DNA from: Takakia lepidozioides
Taxonomy: Eukaryota; Plantae; Bryophyta
Direction: 5' to 3'
Assembly (NCBI GenBank): GCA_030704615.1
Contig: CM060732.1
Span: forward strand, 78,864,001-78,928,000
DNA length: 64,000 bases
The notes beneath the pieces are model-generated. The model was not told the DNA's origin, searched no databases, and saw only the letters and a list, made by a program, of their open reading frames with translations. Below, piece by piece: positions 49,287 through 61,500 of the stretch. Position 1 is the first letter of the stretch, and every line of letters starts with the position of its first letter. Both the position numbers and the translations under genes were made by a program.

Positions 49287-52200
49287 ATGCGGTTAGATGA
49301 GGCGGAGGAGGGGAATTTGGAAAGGAGGGGGAGGATGGCGGATGTGAGAGATGCGAGTGATGAGGTGAACAAGATGGATTTTCAGCAAGTGGTGCGCATT
49401 TTGGTAGACACTGATACCGATTCTCATTTCATTGTGTCCGCCTCCCGCACCTCCACTGTCGCAGAGCTTCGAGGTTAGTTGTTTGTGGTTTTCTCTCCTG
49501 CTTTGTGTTGTATGTAGACAATTTGGTTATGAGTTTTGTTCTGGCTCTTCGTTTCCTTGGATGTGGCTCTACGGTTACTTCTCAAATTCGTGTTCGCAGT
49601 TTGCGAGGCTCTCACATTGATTTGTGGATGGGGTTGTGAGTGGTCAATATGGAGGCGAGTTGTTTTGTGTTTTTTGGCTGTTTAAGTGTGTAATTGGGTC
49701 CCGAAATGTATCGAAGTCGGGTGTACATTGCTTAGGATTTGGTGTAAAAAAACTCTAAATCGGGGCTGTACCAGAGTCAGCATTGTCATTGCTGTGGGTC
49801 CTTGACGGTTTGCTAGGCAGGGTTCTTGATATGAGTTTCGTACCTTTCTGCTGCGTTTTGGTATCACCCCTGGCAGAGTTTTGTCTGTTAGTGCATAAAA
49901 ATTGCTGCCCGGGATTGGTGCAAAGATAGTATATTTTCCGATGAATGCCTCGAATTCTCCCTTTCTGTTTTGTGGTTCTATCCTATCAAACTTACTTTGG
50001 TCACCTGGCACATTTCTGTCTCCAGAGCTTATCAAGATGACTCACAGGCATTGTTTTCCTGAGGAAGGAGAGGTCATCATCGGCAAGCTTTTGGTACGCT
50101 CTACATTCCAAGCTAATGGTGCTGGTCACCACAGGGTCATATACATTACTGTTCACATAAAGTCTGCTTAAAAACTTTCGGAATGCACGTACTCAGATAT
50201 TGGGACGATGATGCTCAGATAAGCAGATTGGAAAAGTCTAACAGAAATTGGCATGTTCCCAGGTTTCAGGTGGTGAATATGGCTATCATCTTGCAGACTA
50301 TCTTCGCATTGGACAAGTATACAATGCTTGGGAGGGCAAGGTTTTGGCAGAGGTTCGGCAGCCTAACTACAATGCGAGTAACTTGGCCACCAGCGCATGT
50401 GCAAGGAATTCACTCTTTGTACCAAGAGGTGGTGGTGATAACCGATTTCGTGACAATCAATTTACCAAATATCCTCCAAAATCTCCAGGCAACAGTTTTC
50501 AAACCCTTCAAGGTGATGCCATTTTGGTAGAAGATAGAAGTAAACTGTTATGGAAACCCCAAGGTGCGGATTATCTTGTACCTGCTGGGAATGGCAACTT
50601 GTCTGTGAGGTCTGACGTCCCTCAATTGTCTGAAGTTATTGCTAAACAATTTCTTGGGAACCAGCCGATAAAAGATCCTTCACAGCCTACGGTTGACTGT
50701 CTTCCTAGCTATCAAGGTCATGCCTTTTCTCCAGACAATACAGGTAAGCTCTCCCTGAAACCCAAAGGTGTGACGAATCTTGTACCTGTTGGGATTGGCA
50801 ATGTCTCAAGTGGGTTTGGGGTCCCTCATTTGTCTGGAATTGCTGCTGCGCTTGATTCATCAAAGCCTGGAGCTGGAAGCTGCTTGTTGGAGGAGGGAGA
50901 TTTGGCTTTCTCTGAAGGCATATCTGTTCGTCCTTCAGCGGGAGGCAATTCTCCTTCAAAACGTGCCAGGAATTTGTTGTTGTGGGAGCAAGATCCCATG
51001 GCCGGTGGGGGGTGTAGTTATAAAGGCATGGACGATCAATTGATGGTGACCCAAGCTCCACCTGCACCAGTGTCTCAGGAGCAAAACCACTTGTCAAATC
51101 AGGCAGAAGGTATTGGTGAAGAAGATGCTAGGGACACTGGGAGGCCTCATTCTTTCTTGAGAAGGGAAGAAGCACGGTCAGAGGCTGATATGGCAGCATC
51201 AGGCTTGCACCATCAAAAGAAGGGAAAAGAGACTGCCAAGCAAGGGATGAAAGGCTTTCCCAGGGCAGCTACAGATACAATCAGAACTGAGACCACGATC
51301 ATGCCTCCCAGGAATGGGGGCACTGATACTCTTCTTACAGACAGCAACACTCACATGGTGGGAAAGAAGAGAGAAGGGTCTGACAATAGTCAAAGGATTT
51401 CAAAATCACGGAAGACCATTGAAGGTTCACCTGTCAGCAGCACCTGCAACAAGACCATGGAAAATGTCGCGCTAGTGAAAGAGATAGGGAGCGTCGTACC
51501 TGACACTGAGAGAGTAAAAGAGATCAGCCTCAACAGCAAACGCTCCAGGAGCACTTTGGGTGTGCCAGACACCAGAGAGCACAAATTTAAGCCTTCAGTT
51601 GAAGACAGTATCGGTACTGTTTGTGGACAGGACAAGGTCAAGGAGAAGAGGAAGAAAAGAAGGGTCCGGAGCGGGACTCTTATGAGGACCAGTGAAATAA
51701 CTCCAGAGGACAAAGGCCATGTAGTTGATGATACTGCAGCAACCAGAGAGGAACTAGACATCTCACTGAGGGGAGGTACCAGCGTGGCATGTGAACGAGG
51801 CGAAGTTAAGGAGAAAGGAAAGAAAAAGAATGAGGCGACAGGTTTAAGCATTTTAGGGGCAAATGATTTTGATAAACTGCCCTCAGGAACCACTGGAAAT
51901 GAAAGTAGAGATGCTTATACCACCAGAGAAAGGGAGCCAGATGGTGATACAAGCATACGTAGCAGACAAGTGGAGATTAGATCAGCAAAGGAGAAGAACA
52001 CAGCATGTGGGCCTCTACAGGTGGATGCTGTGAGTAAGCTGCCCAGGAGATGTCTAAGTACCACTGGAGGCACTGTTACTGGTGGGATTACTCTTGAGAG
52101 TCAGGAAAATATTGGTATAGAAAAAGTGAAGAAGAACAGGAAAGGAAAGAAGAAAGGTACCACAGTGACTAATTCAGGCGCCGTAAATGGCACTGCTGGG

Positions 52201-55200
52201 GTGGAATCCACAAACCCTGGTGAGCTGTCACAGAAGGATGTTAATTCCACAAATGCACACAAATCACAGCCACTTGGTGAAGCTGATAATTTGAACAGCA
52301 GGTCTGGAGAGGAGGATGCCAACAAAGAGAATTATGTGAATGAAAGCAGTCCAGCAGCTGTGGAGGGGATACCTCGAGGCAATACTGGTAGTTCTAGGAG
52401 AGGGAGCAGGGTTGAGAACAAAGACATGGAAGCAGATGAAGAATTACAGGACATTCCTGTGAAGAAGGTTGGGGCAGTCATGCATAGCAATGGACCAACT
52501 GGGATGTTGGATCGTGGAGGGAGTCCCGGTGCCTCTGGGTGAGCCTTAATTAGCAATCTGTCTATGGCCTTGCTGGAAATTTTTGCAATGTGGTGTTCAA
52601 TCTAGGAGCAGTTTTTGTTTCCTCTGGTGTAGTCTGGTCATATTAGGTGGTTTTCGTCATTGTTCTGGTGGAACTGAACTTCTCTAGTAACCATTATATT
52701 TTGTCTCTTCGGATACGTTCTTCAGCCTTAATTAAAGAGCACAATTGATTCATGATGTAGTTTATGCAGCACTAATTATGATCCCAACAGGTCTGACTAG
52801 TCACTTAATCAGATCAATTAGACATTCTTCCATTTCACAGAAGTCCCCCATCTATCTGTAGGACTAAAGATTGTTTCTGGACTTCCTGATGGTGTTCTTG
52901 CAACGTAGCTGATTGCCAAGGACTAATTGAGGCCGAGGTGTGCCCTCAGGAAGCTCCTCTCATCCAAACTCTGGAGAGAGTGACAAACTGGAGGGGGAGG
53001 CTGCAAAATTTGCTACCCTCTCCCAGGACAAGATGGATGTAACTGCTAAGCATGCTCATGAAGGACGAAGCTGTATATTAGCAGACAAGGATTGTGAGAC
53101 CATGCAAAGGGGTGCTAAGAACTTCCAGTACAGGCAGACAGGGGATTCTACTTCGAAGAGCTCTAAGGAGAGAAAGTTCAAGTCTGAGAGAGAGCGGGAG
53201 AGGAGGGTAGCAAAGTTTGATGGGTATTCCCAGGCTGGTGTGAAGGAGGTCAGCAGGTCCACGGCTAGCCATAGGGCAAGTCACCAGGAGCCCACCAAGA
53301 TTTTCAGAGAGGGCCATTCGAGCAGCACGGGTCAGAGATCTGGAGAAATTCTGTTGAGGAACGGCAATGAGGTGGAAACGATAAGCCATCTCAAGGCTTT
53401 TCCCCCTGGTGAAGAGAACACAGACAACTGTGGGAGAGGTTCACAGGCAAGCCACAATCGTTTTTTGCAGACCATAGAGAGTATAGAACCAAACGGTGCT
53501 GAGATTTGTCCTAATGATGGGGGCCAAGAGAGGACAGGGGAGGAAGAGTTGCCAGAGGTCAGCTCACAAGAGATGTCTTACATGGTTGCTACACAGGTGA
53601 AAGAGAACTCCACTTAAATGGACCAACTCACAGAAGTGGAACTTCTTTGTTGTCTATTTTAAGAACAGATATATGACTGAATCAAACTGCCCTCCTTCAG
53701 TGTTCCTTTCAAGTCTCACTGGGAATATATCTATTTGCCTCTGAATGCAAACCTTTGTGATCAAGCAGGTTAGCAAGGAAGCATCAGGAAGCACCACCCA
53801 CGAGAGTGATGAAGATACTGACTGCAAAGGGAATGGAGGCTTTGATGACGAGGTTGTTAAAGGGAAGAAAGAAAAGAGTCATATTCCTTCTCTCAAGGGG
53901 ACCGATTCCCATGAGTCAAGTGATGAGAGTGGGGATTCAGGAACAAGTCAGTATACAGCCTCCAAGGCAACAGAGACCCCTGCCCCAATTGGTAATGTCT
54001 ATACCTTGTTGCACTAACACAGCTATGAAGCTTAGAATGATCATGACCATGCCACTGATGAAACTTGGGTTGATCTCTTTTTTGCATATATTTGCACCGA
54101 TTGGAGTGAAGCTGTCACATATTGCTATATACGTTCCTCTGACAGCTTCTCTTCAGCTAGTGGGATCCATGTGCCAAGGTTTGTTTTTAGCTAAAAGTTT
54201 GGCTTGTAATGATCATTTTGCCACAGTAGCAAGGATGAGACCTAGCGGAAGTGGCCATGGCAGCAAGCGTCGGGTCTCAGGAGCAGCTGCTGACATAGAG
54301 TCCAAGTGAGTCCCTCTTATTAATGGCTTCAGTTCTGCCACAGTAACATGTTATAATGCTTAGTTGTGGAGGGGGAGAGGAAGATGGAGTAAGAGGGGAG
54401 GGCCCCTACATTGAGTGGTGGTGACGATAAACATATCCAGGCTCTTCCACACTAGCTTTTTGGAGAGGGTAAGCTCTTTAAACATCAGTGCAAGAGTCCT
54501 GACTGACCATACCTGTACTACCCTTGTGGTAATTCTATGGCTATTGTATGGTGCATATATGGCTTTGGTCCTCAGAGGGAGTGTCCTAAAGCATCATATG
54601 CATCAACGATGTTCTACTCTGGAACAAATAGTTTTTGGAAGGAACTGCTTTCAGTTGCCACTCCATCAGAACACCTGAAAGAGTGAAGATTCGTGGGCTT
54701 GCAGATTTGCACAGTTCATTGACAGCCAAGATGGATTGGATGAAATTATGGGCATCACCCTCAGCCAGCGCATGCGCACTGTGGAGCCTGCAAATCAGGT
54801 GAGTCTATCAGAAGCACCTGCTGTGGTGCCCAGTGCTTCTGCAGTGCCCATAGATTCTGCTGCTGCAGCTCCGTCCAGCAGTCCAGCTGCGAATATTGCG
54901 TTTGCATCCCAGAACAGTCAGGGGGGTGGTTCGGCCCTTGCAAATGGAAATGTCAGTAGCTTAGTGACAGATAAAGCCGCTGATTTATTGAACTTGTCCG
55001 GAAAGCAAACAGCAAGGCCTTCAACGCCAAAGTTCAAGATCCCAAAGCCTGTGTTGAGTGCAGTAATGCCAGCTATGACGAATGAGTTGGGAGTAAAGTC
55101 CAAGCATTCTGTGGAAGAGGTGTTGCCTATTGAAAGCGGTTCCTGGAAAGAACGACAGCAAGGTGTGCTGAAGTGTAAATTGGAAGAGCAGGGAGTATTG

Positions 55201-58200
55201 GAACCAGAGGTCAAGGAAGTTGGTTCTGTTGCATTTAAAGCTAAAAGCTTCCTAACAGATGCCAGAATGACTCTTGGCTCTCCAAGCCAGATTATAAGAG
55301 ATAAGAGTGCTGGCCTTTTTACTTGTCTTCCTGATGAGGATGGACGGCGTAGTTTCAACGGTATAGGGGAAGATAGTCAGATGGTGACCGAGGGCTCAGA
55401 GACAACCACTGAGAAGGTATATGGTTTACTACTATCAATATAAGATGCTGTGCTGATTAATTGGTGAATGGATGACTGGATCTCTGTACCATGTGGGATG
55501 GGATGGAGGCCTGTAGTATCTTTCTTGGAGTTTTAATTGGCAGTACCATTGATTGTAGAGGGAGGGACAGTCCGCACACCTGAATTGTGGGTTCAACACT
55601 CCATCTTTTGACCTACTTGCAATAGAGTCAAAGCTGGACCTTCCCTCATGGTCATCTTTTCTTCTTATGGACTTTGTGATGTCCTTCTTGGAATCACCAA
55701 CCTTTTCATAATACAAGTCTCAGAATAGAAATGAAGCCCAGCTATTTGAGCAATTGTGTCATGAGATATTTTCGTCAAATTGGACGCCTAGAACATTGAG
55801 TCAACACTCACTACTGGAACTATGACATGCAGAGGAGGAAATCAAAGAAGAGGAAGGAGGAAGAGGTACAACCCAAGGAGTTCCCGTTCACAGAGGAAGG
55901 TTTGGGATGCAAGGGAAAGAGGAAGAAGCAAAACATTAAGGAGGAGAAAGTGGAGAATGAAAGCTTTGTAACAGTGCCTGAGTCGTCATGCGAAAAGGGA
56001 GATAACATTACCAAGTCAAGTTTGGACAGACAAGCTGCAGGAAAGAGGACAGAGAACAGCCAGAGCCAGGGCACTAGCCTCCTCCACTCAGAGGAAGTAG
56101 TGAAAAAACAGAAGGAAGGAAAAAAGAGAAGAGGGGAGGATCAAAGTCATCTGGATGTGCTTCAGTCGCTGGAAGATGGACTCGGGAGAAATGATGCACC
56201 CATCCATGGAGCAGGTAAGCTTGTGAGATCGATTGTTGGACCAACCTCCCACTAGAATTGGCAAGCTTGCGCTGACAAATCCAAATGTGTGCTGGGGGTC
56301 AAGCCTGAAATGCTCTATGCTGATCATTTCTGGTAGCTGATGCATGCCGGTTGGGGACTGGGTAGCGCTAATTTTGGGTCTTACTGCTATTCTATGATTA
56401 TTGTCCCATCATACAGTTGGTACTTGAAATTCTAGGGTTCAGATCACCATGCATGCCTGTGCATTCACCCACTTGGTTGAGCATTCTTCACCTTGAGGTC
56501 AGTTGTTGCCTAGATTCTAGGTATGAGCCTTTCTTGTGTTCTGTTTACATCTGGACTAGAACTTGTGGAGGTAGAAGTCACCTAACTGATCAGAAAGACA
56601 CACGTGGTCGTAATCCTGTTGAGGTAACATTCACGAATGGCTCATCTGCTATAGACAGTCCAAATTAGAGGATCACTTTTGAGTAGGCAGATAGGACCTA
56701 AAACCCATTTCCGATTAATCTCTGACCTAACAAGCTTTGTTACTAATGTTTGGTGCGTGGTTGCATCACGGATAGGAGCTTTGTTGCTCATGATGTGCTC
56801 TTGATGTGCGTCTATGACCAACACAGTGGCAAACCTGATGTGTTCGTCTATTGCATGGTTTGCATCTATGGTTACGCAGTAGGTGATGAAGCAAACAACC
56901 AAAGTTTAAGTGACTTCTGTCCAGACAAAGGTGCCCAGACTGGACCCTCCATCATTCCTGAGCAGACATCTATGGACCAGAGTGAAAAAGAGACAGAAGA
57001 GCTTCATTTGATGATGGAAAGTGCCAACCAGAAAATGTCCAAAGGAAAGAATGGATTGAAATCCAGGAAGAAGAAGGGGGTGCGCAGGAATCTTAATCTT
57101 ACGAGTGAGGAAAAATTTCACGAGGCAAATGTCAGTGAGAATCCTGGCATTGAAGGAGAGGTCAAGGAAGAAGATAAAGTCGGTTGGGAGACCAAAGTCA
57201 ATGAACCAAATAGAAATGGAATGGAGATCAATGATGAAGGCAAGGTGGGGGATGAAGCCAATCGGGGAGATAGGCAGCAAGGATCTCAATCCCCAGTGGA
57301 AAGTAACAGAGAGGAAGATGTTTTACTGTTCACAGAGATCGAGGGTGATGATGCAGGGAAGGAGACGACTAGTGATGAAACAGGTACTCATAGTAACCTG
57401 AATGTGTCACGTAAGTAGATGCATTGCATAACTTTTAGTCTCGTCAGCATTCCAGCTGCACCAGGGGCAAGGGGCCCACAAAGGAAGACCTCATAATTGC
57501 ACAGATCTTCAGAAAAAATTTCAGACGACATTGTAATCTTGTTATTGTGGATGCTCGTTTGGTGCAACGCAGGTAAGAAAAGCGAGAAAAGTGGACAAGG
57601 TCAACAGATGATTGAGACACCTTCAATCAGAGAAGCACGAGAGACAAATGTTTTTGAATTTGATCCTGAAGAGGCTGGGGCATCCAGTCCAAGAGTTCTT
57701 AAAATAGGTGAGAAAAATGCGAACAATCTGGCTAAACTCATGGAAGAAGTCTCCGAGAGAGCTGTACAGACGGTCTTGGAGGATGAGATGCTACATGTTG
57801 CTGACACTACTCTACTACCCAAAAAGTCGAGAAAAGATCCCAATCCCAAAAATTGGACTATTAGAATGAGGGGGGCTCTTTCCAAAGCGACTGTGGGCAA
57901 CTGTCCTGGCGGCTTTGTACCCACTGTGGATGCGTGCGAAAGAGCTGGAGGGGCTGTCATTGGCCCTTCTCGAACAGGTGGGTCTGAGCCCCACCTCTTC
58001 TGAAGTGCATTTGTGTGTCTATCTCTTTGTACGATTGCCAAAATAGTTGTGCAGTTCTTTTCTGTCCGGTGTCCTCTGGATTCTTTGGGCCTCCCATGAA
58101 CCGAATAATTTTCTTCATTCCTTTCTCTAGAGCTCTTTGATGGTGGCAAGTGGGGATGTGAGTACTGCCAAGACCATTACATGGTATTGGAAAGCACCAC

Positions 58201-58565
58201 TTAAATGTGCTGGTCCTTGCAGAGCTATTTCCATGAGGCAGAGGTAAACAGGCAGATGTTCCATGCTAGGACTTCCATGCTGCTTTATTGAAAGGCTCAC
58301 ACACGTTGGTGCAGGTGGTCCAAACATCCGTGTTATAGAGACCTTGGAGGGCACACAGACTGCTGAGAACCTGGAAATGACACCACCTTCTCCCAGTATT
58401 AAGAAAACGCCAAAAAAGAGGATTACAACTCCCAAGAAAAGGACACCAAAAAGTACTGCGGCTGCAGGATCATTGCCATGCCCGGTAGGGTGTGGGAAAC
58501 TCTATTCAGGAAAGACATCTGCGTGGTACTCACATAAAAAGCTGTGCACTGGAGCAAGCAGCTAA
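49287..58565 (+). CDS. Very large multi-exon low-complexity nuclear protein with a CIP4-like N-terminal domain and a C-terminal C2HC finger; internal exon bounds approximate
   Basis: Exons 49287-49473, 50026-50093 and 50263-~52537 join to give ILVDTDTDSHF...TVAELR..IKMTHRHCFPEEGEVII..L.V....YHLAD. Further K/E/S-rich open frames occur near 52.9, 53.8, 54.7, 55.8, 56.9 and 57.6 kb. It ends CPVGCGKLY...HKKLC. Confidence 0.65.
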
Positions 58566-61500
58566 ATGTTAGTTATCTGCACATGGGAAGGGGCAATCCC
58601 TCGTTTGCGTCGATGAACCATGTGCCAAGGTCATGCTTGACTTTTAAGAGGATGCCGTCAGCAAGTATCCCTGATGATGAGAATGGAGAGAGGAGATGGG
58701 TTTGAGGGCATCTTCAGTAGGTTGTAACCAATTTAATCGGGCAGAGACACTGATATATATAGGTTCTGGCCTTTGGACAACGAGCAGCCGACTAGCCATG
58801 CCATGGGTTGTTCTTGAAGTTGGCCAAGCTGGAAGTTGTCTGAGAACCCGTTTTGTTGTGAAGCTTCCGTCGCGGTAGAGACAAAGTTGTCATCTGCTGT
58901 ATCATTTCTCTATGCATTCCCATGCATTTAAAAGGTAGCCAGTGTTGAAGCTTTACTGATGGTCAGACCTTTGGTTACTTTTTCCCTCCAGACCCCTTCC
59001 CCGCCATGAACATAGGGTCTGTTATAGGATGCCCATCTCCCTGCTCTATGATATATTCAGGAAGGAGTCCGTCCCAATTAGGTTGTAGTCAAGAGAAGAT
59101 ACATTAATCGTTTACATGCCTCACAATGGGAGAGACGAAAGTTCACACCTAAGGACATCCTAATGTTCAACATGGTACTGGTATGGTATCTGATACTCTT
59201 CAACATGGTGGGTGACAGTGGGTTCTCATGACTCACCAGGTCGGTCTCACCAGGTCGGTCAGGTGAGCCCCACAGCAAATGAATGCTTGGATTGGAATTT
59301 TGAACCAAGAGACTAGCTGCCCAGTGACCACAATGCAATGACATGTAGTGCGCAGGCAGAGGAAACTGTGTGCAAGGGAAGTCCTGCAGGCTTCTGCATT
59401 GGTGCACCTACTATTTTCCTATTTGCTTCGCGTCCATTCTGATAAGTGGGCTGTTGCCAATTCTACTGGGCTGTTATCACACCAAAAGGTTTCAAAGATC
59501 AGTAAACAAGTGGGTTTTGCACACAGACCTACTTTGTTTCTGTTTGCATGGCTGTTGCTCATTCTACTGAAAAGGATAAACATAGTGGGGTTCACAGAGA
59601 CATTACCAAAAGATCCGGTTTGTAGTATCCTTAGGATGGGTCCTTTCAATTAACTGTATTTTTCACTGGTTGCTACCAATGAATCTGATCCTGTTAAAAC
59701 GTGTAGTTAGAATTTTGTCATCAGAATCACATAGTTGGGTCCTTCTAATTTGTCTACTTGGTTTTGGGAATGATTGGTAGAAACGTGTAGTTGGAATTTT
59801 GTGAAGTGGGTTGGACAGTTCGGATTTTTATTGACCAGTTTCAAAGCCGCTGGTTCCTAGTTCCTCGTTCCTACTCTTTGAAATACGATCAAAATGAGGC
59901 GCTACAATACATTGCAACAGGATTCCATCCACCGACACCACTTGCTGGCTGGATAGCGATCGAGAAACTCGTCGCCCCGTTGACAGAAAGACAGAATTCT
60001 CTAGGTCCTATGAAGTCCACTTAGAATCAGATTCCAGGGAGTGAAACGACTACTGTGAAGTTTGGACATCTGGCGACCTCGAGGAACTAATCTATTTGGA
60101 AGATGTGACACGAGAACTTTGACCCTCCTCTTCCCTCCGAAGGAACTACCTACCAACTCTAGATTATAAACTAGCTCTAAATGTTCACATGCTATATTGA
60201 TAACATTGCAGTAATGAGTCACCATTATGGCGTGGCGTCAACTATTAAATGCTCCAGGATTATGCCTCTATGATCCGAGTTTGCCTAATTGCCTTGGCAT
60301 GTGTAGACGGTTTGGCAATGATCCTCTTAAGTGAGGATAGGCCGAGACAAGACTTTTCTCTTTTTCTCTTTACTAACCAACCTAGAGCCCAGTGCATGGG
60401 CATTGGGCCTTCCCCTCCTTGCATGAAGCGCGTACCTTTCAGTTAAGATTGTATCTGGGTGCACACACTTTCTGGTGATGAATGCAGCAGAGCATCTCGG
60501 TACTGCAGTCACAGATACTTCGAGTACTGGGTTAGTAAATAAAACTTACAGCAATTTAGGAACAAAGTGGATTGATTAGCCTCACAAGTTAGATCCTGAG
60601 TCCGCTTGGGATAAATGCACGAGATTTGCGAGGTACATCAACACTCACAACGTGGGTGCCTACTAAAAACAGGAGTGGCATAGATTGCTCCAAATAAAGC
60701 TTGCACCCTAAAAATATAAGCAAATTAGGAAGGGAAGTTGGGGATTCACTGACATTTGAAAACTTCTATGTATGTAACACAAGCATTGACTCCATGAAAC
60801 ACCTGTGGAAGACGCGGCTTCCACATCCTCTTTGTCGGTAGGGTTTGATGAGCGTTGAGAGGTGCATTTTGGACCTACACAAGCTTTTTCCCACCCAAGT
60901 AAAAGAACAACGAAGTTTGGTTTTTGGCCTCGGGAGTTGAAGTGTACAGAAGCTTCAACACTAATGAGGTGCTCTCAGGTTTCAATATGCTGTCCTCATT
61001 GCAGCTGATTGAAGAAAACAGACCAGGTCACCAGCCATGAGAAGAAAGGAGGATGAAATCTCTGCATCGACGAGAAAGAACAAATGACTTGAAGAAACTT
61101 GATGAAATGGCGAAACTAAGTGGGGCGGGGCCCGCCCGTTGCAAAGTGAGCAAAAGCTTCTTTCCCGGCATTTGTTCTTCCAAAAAACCTGCTCTGCCTC
61201 TCCTCCGTCTCGCTCTCTCCTTCCTGGTGGCTTGCTAGATTATGTTTCATACTTTCGGCCACGCTTGCGCGCATGCCTGGAGCGTCTGGAGCATTAGTGT
61301 AGAGGACTTTCATATTCTGTTGGCAAGTCCTGTGTTTGTGTCTGAGAATCTGGTCTGCCTCCGATACTGTTAGCTTCTTCTTAGTCCGCGTCTTCCTCGT
61401 CCCCTTGCATGACAGATCGTCTAATAACATCCGGAAGTAATCGTATGTACCTTCAGCATAGAGGTCTAAGGCATTTTGCGCGAAATCATGTTTTGTTTCT

